From: Carcharhinus longimanus
Lineage: Eukaryota
DNA: 64,000 nucleotides
NCBI GenBank assembly: GCA_030264375.1
Contig: JASCQW010000190.1
Span: forward strand, 105,915,700-105,979,699
Reading direction: 5' to 3'
The notes under the pieces are model-generated. The model was not told where the DNA came from, did not search any database, and saw only the letters and a program-made list of their open reading frames with translations. Both the position numbers and the translations under genes were made by a program. Of the stretch, positions 1 to 11,720 are shown in pieces (the first letter of the stretch is position 1; every line of letters starts with the position of its first letter).

Positions 1-384
1 TTCCCCACCACCAACAGTCGACAGGTAATTAACATTTCTTCATTATTGTGTCATCTAACGCTCAAGATTCTCTCTCCAGGTTCAACCCAAGTTTGGAACA
101 TCAAAACGTATAAAAATTAAATGTACATCATTACCAAGCGACCTGCACAAATGAGAACAGTGCAAAAATATTCACAAACATTTCATTTTACTGTCTTCTT
201 TCAAACCAGGATTCCTGATTCAAAGTATCTCATAAATTATTAGATATCTGAACTTTCTCCTTTGATTGAATGATTACTTTTATTTTGCTGAGTGCTATGG
301 CTCAGAAATCCTGCTCTTTCCTCTGAAATACAGGTTGCTGAGGGGGTGGGGGATCGGTACTTTAACCTCTAACTTAGGCTGCCA

Positions 385-568
385 CTCTCAGTGCAGTACT
401 AAAGTAGGCATCAAAACAAGTTTCCCGCTCTTTCGATGAAGGCAAAATACCTCCTAGTGCCACACAATGAACAGCAGCCTATTGTCCTTGGTGTGTTGGC
501 CAATATTTATGCTTCAACTAACGTCACAAGAGCAGATTATCTGCTCATTATCTCATTGCTGGTTGTGG
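385..568 (+). mobile_element. SacSINE1/Deu-SINE-like element, cut by a gap
   Basis: GGTGTGTTGGCCAATATTTAT...CAGATTATCTGCTCATTATC. Confidence 0.7.
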
Positions 569-1577
569 NNNNNNNNNNNNNNNNNNNNNNNNNNNNNNNN
601 NNNNNNNNNNNNNNNNNNNNNNNNNNNNNNNNNNNNNNNNNNNNNNNNNNNNNNNNNNNNNNNNNNNNNNNNNNNNNNNNNNNNNNNNNNNNNNNNNNNN
701 NNNNNNNNNNNNNNNNNNNNNNNNNNNNNNNNNNNNNNNNNNNNNNNNNNNNNNNNNNNNNNNNNNNNNNNNNNNNNNNNNNNNNNNNNNNNNNNNNNNN
801 NNNNNNNNNNNNNNNNNNNNNNNNNNNNNNNNNNNNNNNNNNNNNNNNNNNNNNNNNNNNNNNNNNNNNNNNNNNNNNNNNNNNNNNNNNNNNNNNNNNN
901 NNNNNNNNNNNNNNNNNNNNNNNNNNNNNNNNNNNNNNNNNNNNNNNNNNNNNNNNNNNNNNNNNNNNNNNNNNNNNNNNNNNNNNNNNNNNNNNNNNNN
1001 NNNNNNNNNNNNNNNNNNNNNNNNNNNNNNNNNNNNNNNNNNNNNNNNNNNNNNNNNNNNNNNNNNNNNNNNNNNNNNNNNCCAAAGCCTACGGTAAAGA
1101 GAGCACAGATCATTAACCCTTCATTTCATCATCACACAAATTGGGAGTGACTTGCAGCCCTGGCCAGACTGCTTGCAATGAGTAACAAAGCACAGCAACA
1201 TTATTATAGCTCGCACTTTAGTGATTACAATTGAGGACACTGTATAACTGCAATAAACTACTCAAGCATGACTGTTTCAATTTGTCATTTGAGCTCAATT
1301 ATATTCGTGTCTTGAAATTATCCCCATGTATTCTCTATTCCCCAGTTTCACAATTCAATTTGAAAATGTATCCCCCGCCCCCAACTTTCAAAAAGATGTA
1401 GCTCCTGTTGGTAACGGTTCGTCAGGCAGCAGTTTCCTTCCAGTACACTGGAAAGTGCCAGTTCTTCATTGGCAGCCTTGACAGAACAGTGGTGTTTACC
1501 ATGATATTGAAAGCCATAAGAACCTGGGCTACCCCTGTCCTCACTCCATGTTCAAACCAAAGTACTTCAAGCAAAGG

Positions 1578-1882
1578 ACAACACAGTGGTGCAATGGTTA
1601 GCACTGCTGCTTCAGTGCCAGGGACTGGGGTTCAATTCCAGCCTTTGGTGATTGTGTGGAGTTTGCATGTTCTACCTGTGTCTGCATGGGCTTCCTCTGG
1701 GTGCTCTGGTTTCTCCCACATTCCAAAGATGTGCAGATTATGGGGATTAGCAGGATAAATACATGGGGTTATGAGAATAGGATGAGGGATGGGCTTGGGT
1801 AAGATGCTCTGTCAGAGAGCTAGTGCAGGCTCAATGGGCCAAATTGCCGCCTTCTGCACTGTAGGGGTTCTATGATTCAATG
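1578..1882 (+). mobile_element. HE1-like tRNA-derived SINE, tail A
   Basis: A/B-box head TGGTTAGCACTGCTGC...GGTTCAATTCC and tail CTTCTGCACTGTAGGGGTTCTATG. Confidence 0.85.
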
Positions 1883-3024
1883 AAGGCCAACAGCGATCAG
1901 CCGTGGGAATCCAGCTTGATTTCACCCTCTCCAGTCTGGGGAACAAATATTGTACCTCTGCATGAAAAAACACAGCAGGGATCAAAACCAGGATTGATCT
2001 GCATGACTCAGTTCCACACTAAGTAACGCACCTACAAACTGAACTAAGGTGGAATAACGGTTACGAACATATCATCACCTATATTTTGCCGACATGAACC
2101 TGGGGGGTCCAGCCCATTGGATTGATAGGTGAGTTAAACACAATAAACTCAATCCTTGACTGCAATTTCCTATATTTGTTATCTCCATCGAAGGCAAGGG
2201 CATATTGCGCCACCACCGACTTCATTTGGCTAAATGATGGGGACTCTGAGTTTTAATAATCCATCCTACACTGCAAGATTAGCAATATTGGTGAAGTAAA
2301 CTACAGATGGTAAAATGAAAATCCTGTCACAATACCATTAAGTGCAATCCTGCAGTATTGCCTCGTCAGCAAGTCTGCCAACTAGACAGGCTGCCTTTTG
2401 GATTATCCAACATCATAAGCTGCATATACTGCCCTTTGTGCTTTTCGATAAATGGACTCTTCAAATCATGTCACATTTACTGCTCCCGCCACTGCCACTG
2501 TGGTGAAGAGCCATAGAAACCTTGCTACACTCTGTACACTAAAATGCTGTTCGCGGGCATTGAAAAGGCCTTTTTGTTGAGATTCTCAATGGTGTATCCT
2601 TCATAACGCAGCAATAGCAAATGGAAATATTCTCAACAGCTGACAGTGAGAAGTAATCCTTTCCAACAGCTCTNNNNNNNNNNNNNNNNNNNNNNNNNNN
2701 NNNNNNNNNNNNNNNNNNNNNNNNNNNNNNNNNNNNNNNNNNNNNNNNNNNNNNNNNNNNNNNNNNNNNNNNNGTGCTGCATAATGAATCACTAAATCGG
2801 GCATTCATGTACACAGCAAGTCTCGCATAAATAACATTTACAAACAAATTGATGAACTTGTTGTGCAAGTTTCCCACAAAAGCAGATGGGTAAAGGCACT
2901 ACCTGGTGTAGACTGAGGCACGCTGACAAAGGTCCCCAGTACTATTTTCTGTCCTACAACAGCAGATTGCACTGTGGGGAAATTATAGGAGGTGCTGCAT
3001 TTGGGGTCTAGGATTGATTAGTAT

Positions 3025-3412
3025 TTCAGCCTCAACTCAGTTGTAGCACTCTTGCCTCTGAAACAGGAGGTTCAAGGTTTAATTCTAGTAGCAAACCTAG
3101 GCTGACCCTTCAGTGCCGTAATGAGGGAAGTGGTGTACCACCAGAGTTGCAATCTTTTGGATTAAGTATTGAATCAACGTGCTGTTCTGAAGAAGAACAG
3201 GGGAGTTTTAGCCCAGTGCCTTGGCCAATATTTACCCTTCCACCACCAACATTTTGAATTGATTTGAAATCACCTAAACGAAAAGGCTATTTATTAATTA
3301 TTATTTCTAGAATGTTGTTGTGTGTAAATTGGCTGCTGTGTTTTCTACATTTCTACAATGACTTCAAAAAAATCTTCATTGGCTGTAAAGGATGAGATAA
3401 ATGTGAGTCTTT
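3025..3412 (+). mobile_element. SacSINE1/Deu-SINE-like element
   Basis: Deu-domain text GAAGAAGAACAGGGGAGTT...TGGCCAATATTTACCC...AAATTGGCTGCTGTG...CTTCATTGGCTGTAAAG. Confidence 0.75.
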
Positions 3413-3651
3413 CTGGTGAGTTGGAGCAAAATCAAATTTTCCTTTCCTGATCATTGTTGGCAATTGTTTGAACGCGTGGGCAGGAATAGAACAGTGATGC
3501 TTTCCACAGTCAAACAACTACTCAAGTGTATAATGAAAAATGGAGTCTGAGGTTAGTCATCAGTGGGGAGCAAGCTCACTTCCAAACCATCATACCTTAG
3601 CCCTCCTGGTGGGAAAAATGAGCAAAGCATGGGGGGGTGGGCAGCAGCGGG

Positions 3652-3968
3652 TAAAGTCCAGAACCAGGAGTCTCAGACTGAGGTTTCAGGGTAATCCATT
3701 TAGAACGTTAGGTGAGGAGACATTTCTTCACCCAAAGAGTGATGAGCCTGTGGAATTCATTATCACTGAAAGTAGTTGATGCCAAAACATTGAATGTATT
3801 CAAGAGGCGGCTGGATAAAGCACTTGAGGAGAATGGGATCAAAGATTATGGAGAAAAAGCAGGATTAGGCTATTGAGTTGGATGATCGGCCATTATCTTA
3901 ATGAATGGCAGGGCAGTCTCAAAGGCCAAATGGCCTCCTCCTGTTCCTATCTTCTATGTTTCTATGTA
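3652..3968 (+). mobile_element. CR1 LINE 3' end
   Basis: Remnant resembling SRTR..LR..G.PFRT..RRHFFTQRV..LWNSL, followed by a GGCCAAATGGCCTCCTCCTGTTCCTAT...TTCTATG tail. Confidence 0.85.
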
Positions 3969-5416
3969 TTGCAGGGATAACATTATAACAACAAAATGCC
4001 TTTTCTAAAAAAACTATAAATTACATGCTACTCAGATGGGATTTTGATTTCACGTGATCTGGGCTAGTTTCGACTGCTTGAATGGTATCGGAGAGGAATT
4101 TTACCCCTTATTTGCCCCTAGGTTTATATGATTGCGAGTGGGGTGGGCAGGTGACAACTGTTTGACCCTGATGCTTCAGCCATCAGGCGTGTGGGGCAGT
4201 ATTGATGGACCAGCTGCTCTTTCTCTGCGGATCACTTTTGCACGTTGGTATGAATTAAACAGTAGCATTATCTTACAAAACACTGCCCAACAGTCACGGA
4301 GCCTGTGAATTTTTTTTCAACAATCTCTATTCAAAGGCATGGCTGCCACATTGGGTAATCCTGAAAAAAAATAGTTTTGATGCAGAGATTACAATGCCAA
4401 TGAGAGCAGTGGGATGTAACAACGTGTACACCCCTCTAGACTGACTGTTCCAGCAGACTAAATCACAAAAAGGCAATGTCCAAAAGGCAAGACATGAAGC
4501 CCATTTAGAACCTATTGCTTTAAACTGTTGAAGCAATTAGTATGAGGTTTAACAGAATTACTTTATATCAATTACCGAGTCACCACATATCAAGAGAGAT
4601 GCTTGTGATTGAAGGCAAGTTCAACCTCATTTTCAAGCCCCATCACTAGCTGTGTGCTAATATCTAAATCAGCTTGCTGTGCTCAGCAGACACTTCTCAG
4701 ATTAAATAAGAGACATGTCCTCATTCAACAGGGAAATTCATTGTGTAAGGAAGGCAACATACATCATAAAGGCCAAGTTTACTCTTCCCAGGGACATCAA
4801 AACATGATCCATTAATGAAAGTGGAACAGTCAATACTCCATTCTTCATGAACATGTGAAATTGCACATGATCAGTTTTCATCTTTTTAACAGTTTGGCTG
4901 CGAAGGCCGAGGATGAAGGTGATTAATGTGAGCCCGTGAGCTAACAAACTGAAACGGCTGCTGACTCTCTGTGCAGTACTCGCACTGTGAATTTGCCAAA
5001 CTGGACGAGAGAAAGAGAACTACAATTCAGGCCATCGTTAGTAAACTTGCACCTCTTCCCCCTTGTCAATCTCAGCACCAAAACATCTACAAGGGAGGGA
5101 ATATGTACCTACTTCCGTGTTTACAAGTCTGCCTGAAACTCCAAACCTGCCCCCCATCGCTAATTCGCCGGATTTAATTCCGTGTCAATTTCACACAGGG
5201 ACCAGTTGCCACTTTGTTACACGCCGTGCTGTTTCAGTCTGCTTCCTGCACAATTCAAAATCGCCATCCCACGACCTCCACCCTTCTCCACCTCCCCCAC
5301 CCCATTCCCAAGAAAAAGTTCCAACTTTAATAAACTTTTGGAAACTTTTGCAAAGTTGTCCTGAACTTTCTGAGCGACAGGATCGCCCCCACCCCCCTGC
5401 TCTTCCCCCAGCATAC

Positions 5417-5474
5417 CTGCCCGGATTAATAAATCCAAAGGGGTCCTGATCCCCTCGCAGACGGGAAAAGCCAT
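5417..5474 (-). CDS. ELF1: Alternative first coding exon of the ELF gene (MAFPVCEGIRTPLDLLIRA); an in-frame upstream ATG at 5552 is possible
   Basis: ATG at 5474, 19 codons plus 1 nt, donor GCAG|GTATGC (phase 1, same as the 23362 donor). The peptide resembles the recalled ELF2/NERF-1 N-terminus MATSLHEGPTNQLDLLIRA|VEAS. Lies just downstream of a CpG-rich promoter. Confidence 0.8.
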
Positions 5475-5479
5475 GGGGA

Positions 5480-5780
5480 AATCCGCTAGCTCTCCCTCCC
5501 TCCCTCCCTGTGCCACGTCTGGTTTCAGATGGGACACAGGAGCCGCTTCCATGGAGGTTACGTGGCGCCCTCTGGGCTCAGCCCGCCCAGTATCAGCTTT
5601 CCAGGCGAGATTTTCCCCCTTCGCTCTCTATCTTTCCCCGTTTTCCCAGACCGGAAGTGTTCGATCAAAGTGGGATATCAAACTCCATCCCAAACTTGGA
5701 GCTTCTTCCGGGATAGGACGGCAGAGCGCAGGCGCAGTGCTCACACCTCCACCTCCTCCCTGGGGCGGGACCTGATCCAG
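5480..5780 (-). promoter_or_regulatory. Internal CpG-rich TATA-less promoter with two ETS sites, an NRF1 site and a GC box
   Basis: ACCGGAAGTG at 5650-5659, CCCGGAAG on the minus strand at about 5705-5712, GCGCAGGCGCA at 5726-5736 and GGGGCGGGA at 5762-5770. CpG density at about 5000-5800 is visibly above the rest of the window. Confidence 0.8.
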
Positions 5781-6439
5781 CCGCTGCCAAACAGCCCTTA
5801 TGGTAGCAATGCCTCAATAGCCAAACTGGTGTTCTCTCCCACTCAGTCTCAGCGCAGCAAAATGCTGTAGAATTGCAAAGCATTTATCCACGGAAAAGCC
5901 CAGCTCCCAGGTTTTTTTTTTAAATTATGCTCCACGCCAGCCTTCCCCCCTATCCTACCTCATCTGACCCTATCAGCAATATTGTCCCCTCAACAGAAAA
6001 GGCCAGGGGCAACCAAATTCCCAGTACAATTGCAAATTCTCTCAGGCATGGGTTAAGCGGCAGCATGACAGATGCAGAAACAAGACTGCAGGAGGGGCTA
6101 ATCCACCATGCCCTGCTCCAAAGAAGATGATCGTGTTACACTGGTTACTTCAATCAGGACTAGCTCCAATAAAAAATAGGAAATGTTGGAAATACTCAGC
6201 AGGCCAGGCAGCATAAGGAGGTAGGGGGTTGGGGTTGGGGTTGGGGTGGGGGGAGGTAGGGGAGCAGGATTTTCTGGTCCTGTCAGCAGTGAGCATCATT
6301 GTGGATGGGACAGAAAAGTTTGGGAGAGCCTTTTGACCACGCCAAGTATCCCATCTTGCCCGTGACACTGCATGTCACAGGTGAGACTGGATGATACTTC
6401 CCAGAGTTAATGTACCCGGCTCAATGATCTATAAACTAA

Positions 6440-6745
6440 GGGTGGCATGGCAATGCAGTTGTTGGCGCTGCTGTCTCTCAGCCCCAGGGACCCAGGATCA
6501 ATTCCAGTCTTGGATGACTGTGTGGAGTTTGCATGTTCTCCCCGTATCTACGTGGGTTTCCTCCCACAGTCCAATGATGAACAAGTTACGTAGATAGGTC
6601 ATGCCAATTTATCCCTTAGTGTCCCAAGATGTGAAAGTTAGGGGGAGTAGCAGAGCGATCGGGCTTGTGTAAAATACTCTGTTGAAGAGTTGGTGCTGAC
6701 TCGATGGGCTGAGTGGCCTCCTTCTGCACTGCAGGGATTCAATGA
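6440..6745 (+). mobile_element. HE1-like SINE, tail A
   Basis: Same head, body and tail as the other copies. Confidence 0.8.
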
Positions 6746-8349
6746 TTGCCTGGCTTGCTGAATATTTCCAGCATTTTCTGGCTTTATCACATATTTGCAG
6801 TGTCCACAATATTTTGCCCTTGCGCCAGCTCCCCACACACTTATCCTCAAGGTAACGGCATCACATGGCAAGTTTGTTGCAGGTATTTTTGCATAAAGCT
6901 GGCACCCAAGTATCACTCTTCTGTAATCTGAGTCAAACAAAAATAACGTACTCACAAATAGTCACATTGTAGCTGACCATGTCCATCTGGCCCAGATTAA
7001 AATAGCCTCAATAAAGCCTTAGATATTCAACCGGTGACATTAACATATTTTCCCTGCTGCAGTGTAATAGGCATTGAGCATCACAGTACTACACTACCAT
7101 TATCATTGACATAAGTATAACGCTTTGACCTTTGTAGCAATTCTAATAAAAGTGACATGATGATATTTCTCTAATGAAAAGGAACCAGAGGCAGGATTCT
7201 TTCAAGATGCCCTTGTTATAACACACTGTTTGAGTAGCACACTATGCATTGTAATGAGGTGCACCATATGACAGTGGAAGAGGGAGAACTGGCTGGCCCA
7301 CTGGAAACAATAATCTTCGAGTTTTGTGTGTTTCTTCATGCATCTCAGGTTTCTCTCATTACAATAATTCCGAATCCCACAGATAAAGCAGGCGTGGGAC
7401 TGACCTCTCCACACAGTAAAAAGCATTACAACAGATTTAGGCTGCTTGTTTCTCCTGCCCACAAATTGTTTGTTAACCATCAATTCCAGAGAGGTAGGGG
7501 GAAGGGAGGTAAAGAGAAGGCAATAACGGACAATTCCCATTATAATACTGAGTGCAAATAATGTCTACAGTTGAAAGATTCCTGTCCTTTTTATCCATGA
7601 AGACTGCAAAGTGCAAATTTATCCAAAGCTTCCAGCAGCATTCATCAACAATTTGAACTGATAACTGCTCACTAATCATAAACATTTGATCCACAGTATT
7701 CCTCCATGAACGCAACCAATTATATTCAAGATATCTTTGATTTGTTTCTGGAGACAGGGAGAATGGTCTTTCCGTGCAAAGTCAGAAAGGCAAATAAACT
7801 TCAGACAGATACAGGTATCTATTACTGCTTGGTGTACGCTTTTGTTTCCTCGAGGGCCTTTTCTTGTCTTGGACCTTTATTTACATAGTAAAAATCAATT
7901 CATCACACATCCTTGACATGGATGCAGGGCTGCTTTAGTAGCACAATTGTGTTATATATTTAAAAAGGTTGCATGAATGCTCAAAGAGCTGAATGCATGA
8001 TTTGATGGTGATGTCATTAGGGTGTTGGCATTTGTACTCTCTCCTAGAATAAATCTGTTGTTGTTGTTAAGTTTGAATCTGTGTGTGCAAACCATGTTCC
8101 TTTCTTTTTGTTAGCACCTAACATAGTTTGGACATCACATCATGTCTCTCTACAGGAAGGCATAGTCTCGAATGTAAGACGAAAAGAGTGAAAAGACCAT
8201 TTAGGTTTTACTATTTTGTGTAATGGGTGGTGAATACAGAATGCAAGAGGATTGACAGCATCAGCAAATTCATGGAAGTACTGATATCGAACTGATGAAA
8301 CATTTGATACACGAGTAAAAATATGCATTTATACTGTTCATCTGATGCT

Positions 8350-8680
8350 CAGAGGAAATCCTAAAGCCCTTTGTAGCTCAGGGATTACTCTTGAAGGGTT
8401 GGTAGAGAAATTTGGCAGCCAATTTAGTACACAGCAAGGGTTGCACTGAAACAGTGCTGTGAATGCCTACTTAATCTTTCAGGTTGTCTTGGGTATGAAA
8501 TTACTGTTGGCTGGGAAAACGCCTGCCATTCTTTAAAAAAAATACGGTGGGATCTTTTCATCCACCCCAGCAGATGATGCCTCAGTTTGATTCACTTAAA
8601 AGGCAGAACATTTAACAAAGCGTAACTCCTTTAGTAGCACACCAAAGTGTTCAGCTATTTTATACTATAAGCCTTAGGGC
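8350..8680 (-). mobile_element. Deu-SINE-like element, old
   Basis: Reverse complement GGCAGCCAATTT...CACAGCAAG...GTGGGATCTTTT. Confidence 0.6.
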
Positions 8681-9459
8681 TGACGGAAGGCACTTTCAGT
8701 GCCTGGAACCGGGCGCCCTGTGGCCGAGTACCTGCAGCCAGACCACAGACTCTGCCTGTCTGTCTACATGGGGCTGCAACTAAAGGCCTCTCCTGTAGAC
8801 CACTGCTCACAACCTCCTACAGTGGTGAAACTGTGCTTTATTTAAAGCTTTAATGAAGTTTGTGAGAGGTTGCCTCTATGTTGAAACACCCTCTCAGTCA
8901 TTTACCCTGTATTGCAGAGTCTCCTGCTCCTTTCAAGCTGGGAGGCCTCGGATTGGCCTTCCAGCTTTGAGGGTTGACTGGTTATCCTGAGTTGCAAAGG
9001 GAACCGGTCTCCGTGCTGGTTAAAGGAATCCCATTTAAAGTTTCAAAGAGTGACTGCTTCCCAGAGGGGTGGTTTTCAGACCTGGAAACAGTCTTGATTT
9101 CAGTTTTTGCTTTGGACTGGAAAATTCAGCCCTTAACATAGTCTTTGAGCCTACATTTTCTCATTCAGGTGGCTATGCAATGAATCTTGTGATAGGGGAT
9201 TGTCTGCACACTGGGCCCAGTCAGATGGGGCCAAGGTGTTCTTTTCTAATCCAGTACATTCTGATATTGCTTCATGATAAGCAACATTTGTTCAACAATT
9301 GAATGTATTTAAGCTTACATCACCCCTCCCTACCCACATTGGCTGTTGGATTCCTGCCATTGCCCACAAATGGCCATGCTTGAAATTCTGATCCACATGG
9401 GCATATTCATCCCTTCTGTGACACAGGTTCGAGCTGAGCAGAAGGGTATAGGGGAGCTT

Positions 9460-9788
9460 TGGGGTAGCACAGTGATCAGCTGCTGCCTCACAACTGCAGG
9501 GACCCACGCTCAATTCTGGGTGACCGTGTGTATAGAGTTTGCACGTCCTCCCTGTGTCCACATTGGGGTTCTTCTGGGTGCTCCAGTTTCTTCCCACAGT
9601 CCAAAGATGTGCGAGTTGGGTGGATTGGCCAGACTAAATTGCCTCTCAGCATCCCAAGACATGTAGGTTAGACAAATTAGTCATCAGAAATGTGAGAGGT
9701 TGGGACAGGGAGAGGACCTGGTTAAGATGGTTAAGGTGCAGACTTAATGGGGCCAAATAGTCTCTTCTGCGCTGTAGGGTTTTTATAA
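9460..9788 (+). mobile_element. HE1-like SINE, tail A
   Basis: Same family by direct comparison. Confidence 0.8.
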
Positions 9789-9878
9789 GGTGTTAGATCC
9801 CAACAATAATAAAATAATAATAATAATAATAATGTGTTAGATCCCAATAATAATCTAAGGTGTTAGATCCCAATAATC
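9788..9878 (+). repeat. Triplicated GTGTTAGATCCCAA unit separated by (AAT)n
   Basis: Three copies directly visible at the 3' end of a SINE. Confidence 0.85.
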
Positions 9879-10029
9879 CCAGATGGAGTGGGATGATAGT
9901 TGACTAATAACTTGTCAATCAAATCACAAACAACCAAAGTACCTTACCCATTACACAATGTATACACAACCTATAACAGCCTAGCCTACTAAACCACACT
10001 TCCAACCAGAGAATAGTCAACATTCAAAG

Positions 10030-10300
10030 AAAAGAACTGGCATTTATGCAGCACCCTTTGGGATCTCATCACATCCCAGAGAAAGTTACAGCCAATTTAG
10101 CAGTTTTTACGTGTAGCCATTGTTGCAACGTAAGGAAAAGGAGCAGAGTATGTAGCCAGCCCGCACTAACAGACATAAGGGATAGGTGCCCGAATTGTGT
10201 GTATTAGTGATGTCGGCCTATGCTAGGAGACCTCCCTGGCTCTTTTTCAAATAGTGCCATCGGATTTTTTACATCCTCCCGAGAGGATGGAGATGGTGAG
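10030..10300 (-). mobile_element. Deu-SINE-like element, old
   Basis: Reverse complement TTACAGCCAAT...TAGTGCCATCGGATTTTTTAC. Confidence 0.65.
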
Positions 10301-10368
10301 ATGCATCTTCAGAGGGAGAGAGGAGTGAGTCAGGTGGAGGGTGGGGAAGGAACAAGACAGTGAGCAGG

Positions 10369-10415
10369 GATACTGTTTTTATTGTTAGTAAGATACTGTT
10401 TTTATTGTTAGTAAG
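10369..10415 (+). repeat. 23-bp tandem duplication GATACTGTTTTTATTGTTAGTAA
   Basis: Two exact adjacent copies. Confidence 0.9.
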
Positions 10416-11344
10416 TGTACCATTTAAAGAAAAAGAATGAATTTTTCCAGCCTGTTAGTGCTGACACTTTACAATTCTTCTCTTTCTTCACTGGCTCTTG
10501 AAAACATGGGTTATCTCAATAAGCTGCACTTTGTCTTCATCAACCTGTGCAGTCAGCTGTGGTAAGGGAGCAGCAGCCAAAACACTTCTCCTGATTGATT
10601 ATATGACAGTGCACTAAGGCTGATCTTTGTATGATTTGATGTGAACCAAGGGTTGAATCGGTTGTATTTAACACGCTGTAATGATTTTGCTGCACTTTTT
10701 CATCAAATGTTATTAAATACTCGACCAACCCCGTGCACGCGCATAAACACACACACACGCAAACACATACAAACATGCAGACTGACAGGTCAGCATGTTA
10801 CTTCAATTAGAAATGTAGACAGTAGCCTCTCATCAACAGCGTCAGTGATCCGGGGTCACATTCCTTCCAGTTTTCTTTTCCCCCTTGTTGAAGACACCAT
10901 GACCTCTACCCCAAGCCTCTCCTCCTGACAGTGGATCAATACTGAAAATTCGCTGCATGAACAATCACTCATTCAAGTCTCAGAGTCCAGACATATCTGT
11001 GCTTTTCACAGGGATTCACAAATTCACAGAAATGATGGGACCAGTTATAAAAGGCAAGTTGATTACTGACATGTTTTCCTCCACAGTGCCCAAGACAAAG
11101 CAATAAAGGGGATTTATCTTTATTTTATGTTTATGTGACAAAAGCAGCAATACGTCCAACCTCGAAAACCTTTGATGAGAAGCATTTACCTTGACACTGA
11201 ATACAGCAACGCCACAGTTTGGCATTTGATTTTTACATTTTAAAAAAATTGCATTGCATTTGGAATTGCAGTGTAACTGGAACGTGGGAGCATCTGCACT
11301 ATACAAACTGCAGTGGTTCAAGAAACTGGTCCACCTCCCCCCTC

Positions 11345-11720
11345 TGGCAGCACAGTTTCCTCCCACATTCTGAAAGACAGGCTGGTTAGGTGCATTGACC
11401 TGAATAGGTGCCATAGTGTGGCGATTAGGGGAATTACACAGTAACTTCACTGCAGTGTTAATGTAAGCAAGTGGTTAGTACTGCTGCTTCACAGCGCCAG
11501 GGACCCAGGTTCGATTCCCTGTCTGTGGGTCACTGTCTGCGTGGAGTTTACACATTCTCCCCACATCTGCATGGGTTTCCCCCGGGTGCTCCGGTTTCCT
11601 CTCATATCCTGAAAGACGTGCTGGTTAGGTGCACTGACCTGAACAGCGACTAGGGGAATTACACAGTAACGTCATTGCAGTGTTAATGTAAGCCTTACTT
11701 GTGACTAATAAGTAAATTTT
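11345..11720 (+). mobile_element. HE1-like SINE, tail B: a 3' half followed in tandem by a near-full copy
   Basis: The segment TTTCCTC...GGGGAATTACACAGTAAC...GCAGTGTTAATGTAAGC occurs twice. Confidence 0.8.

Noticed and set aside
436-1150. Long ORFs in the track here and at 14966, 18440, 24415 and 59835
   Set aside because: They are long only because they run through N gaps.
4738-4947. Minus-strand ORF downstream of the alternative exon, considered as the next ELF exon
   Set aside because: No frame gives the expected VEAS...EAAEALL motif. The next exon was not found in 1-5416, so it is outside the window or in a gap.
5217-5416. Continuation of the 5217-5552 ORF past LDLLIRA
   Set aside because: Similarity stops exactly at a strong GT donor, so the remainder is intron read-through.
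9788-9878. CRISPR-like repeat-spacer pattern
   Set aside because: Vertebrate DNA, 14-bp units, low-complexity spacers and no cas genes.
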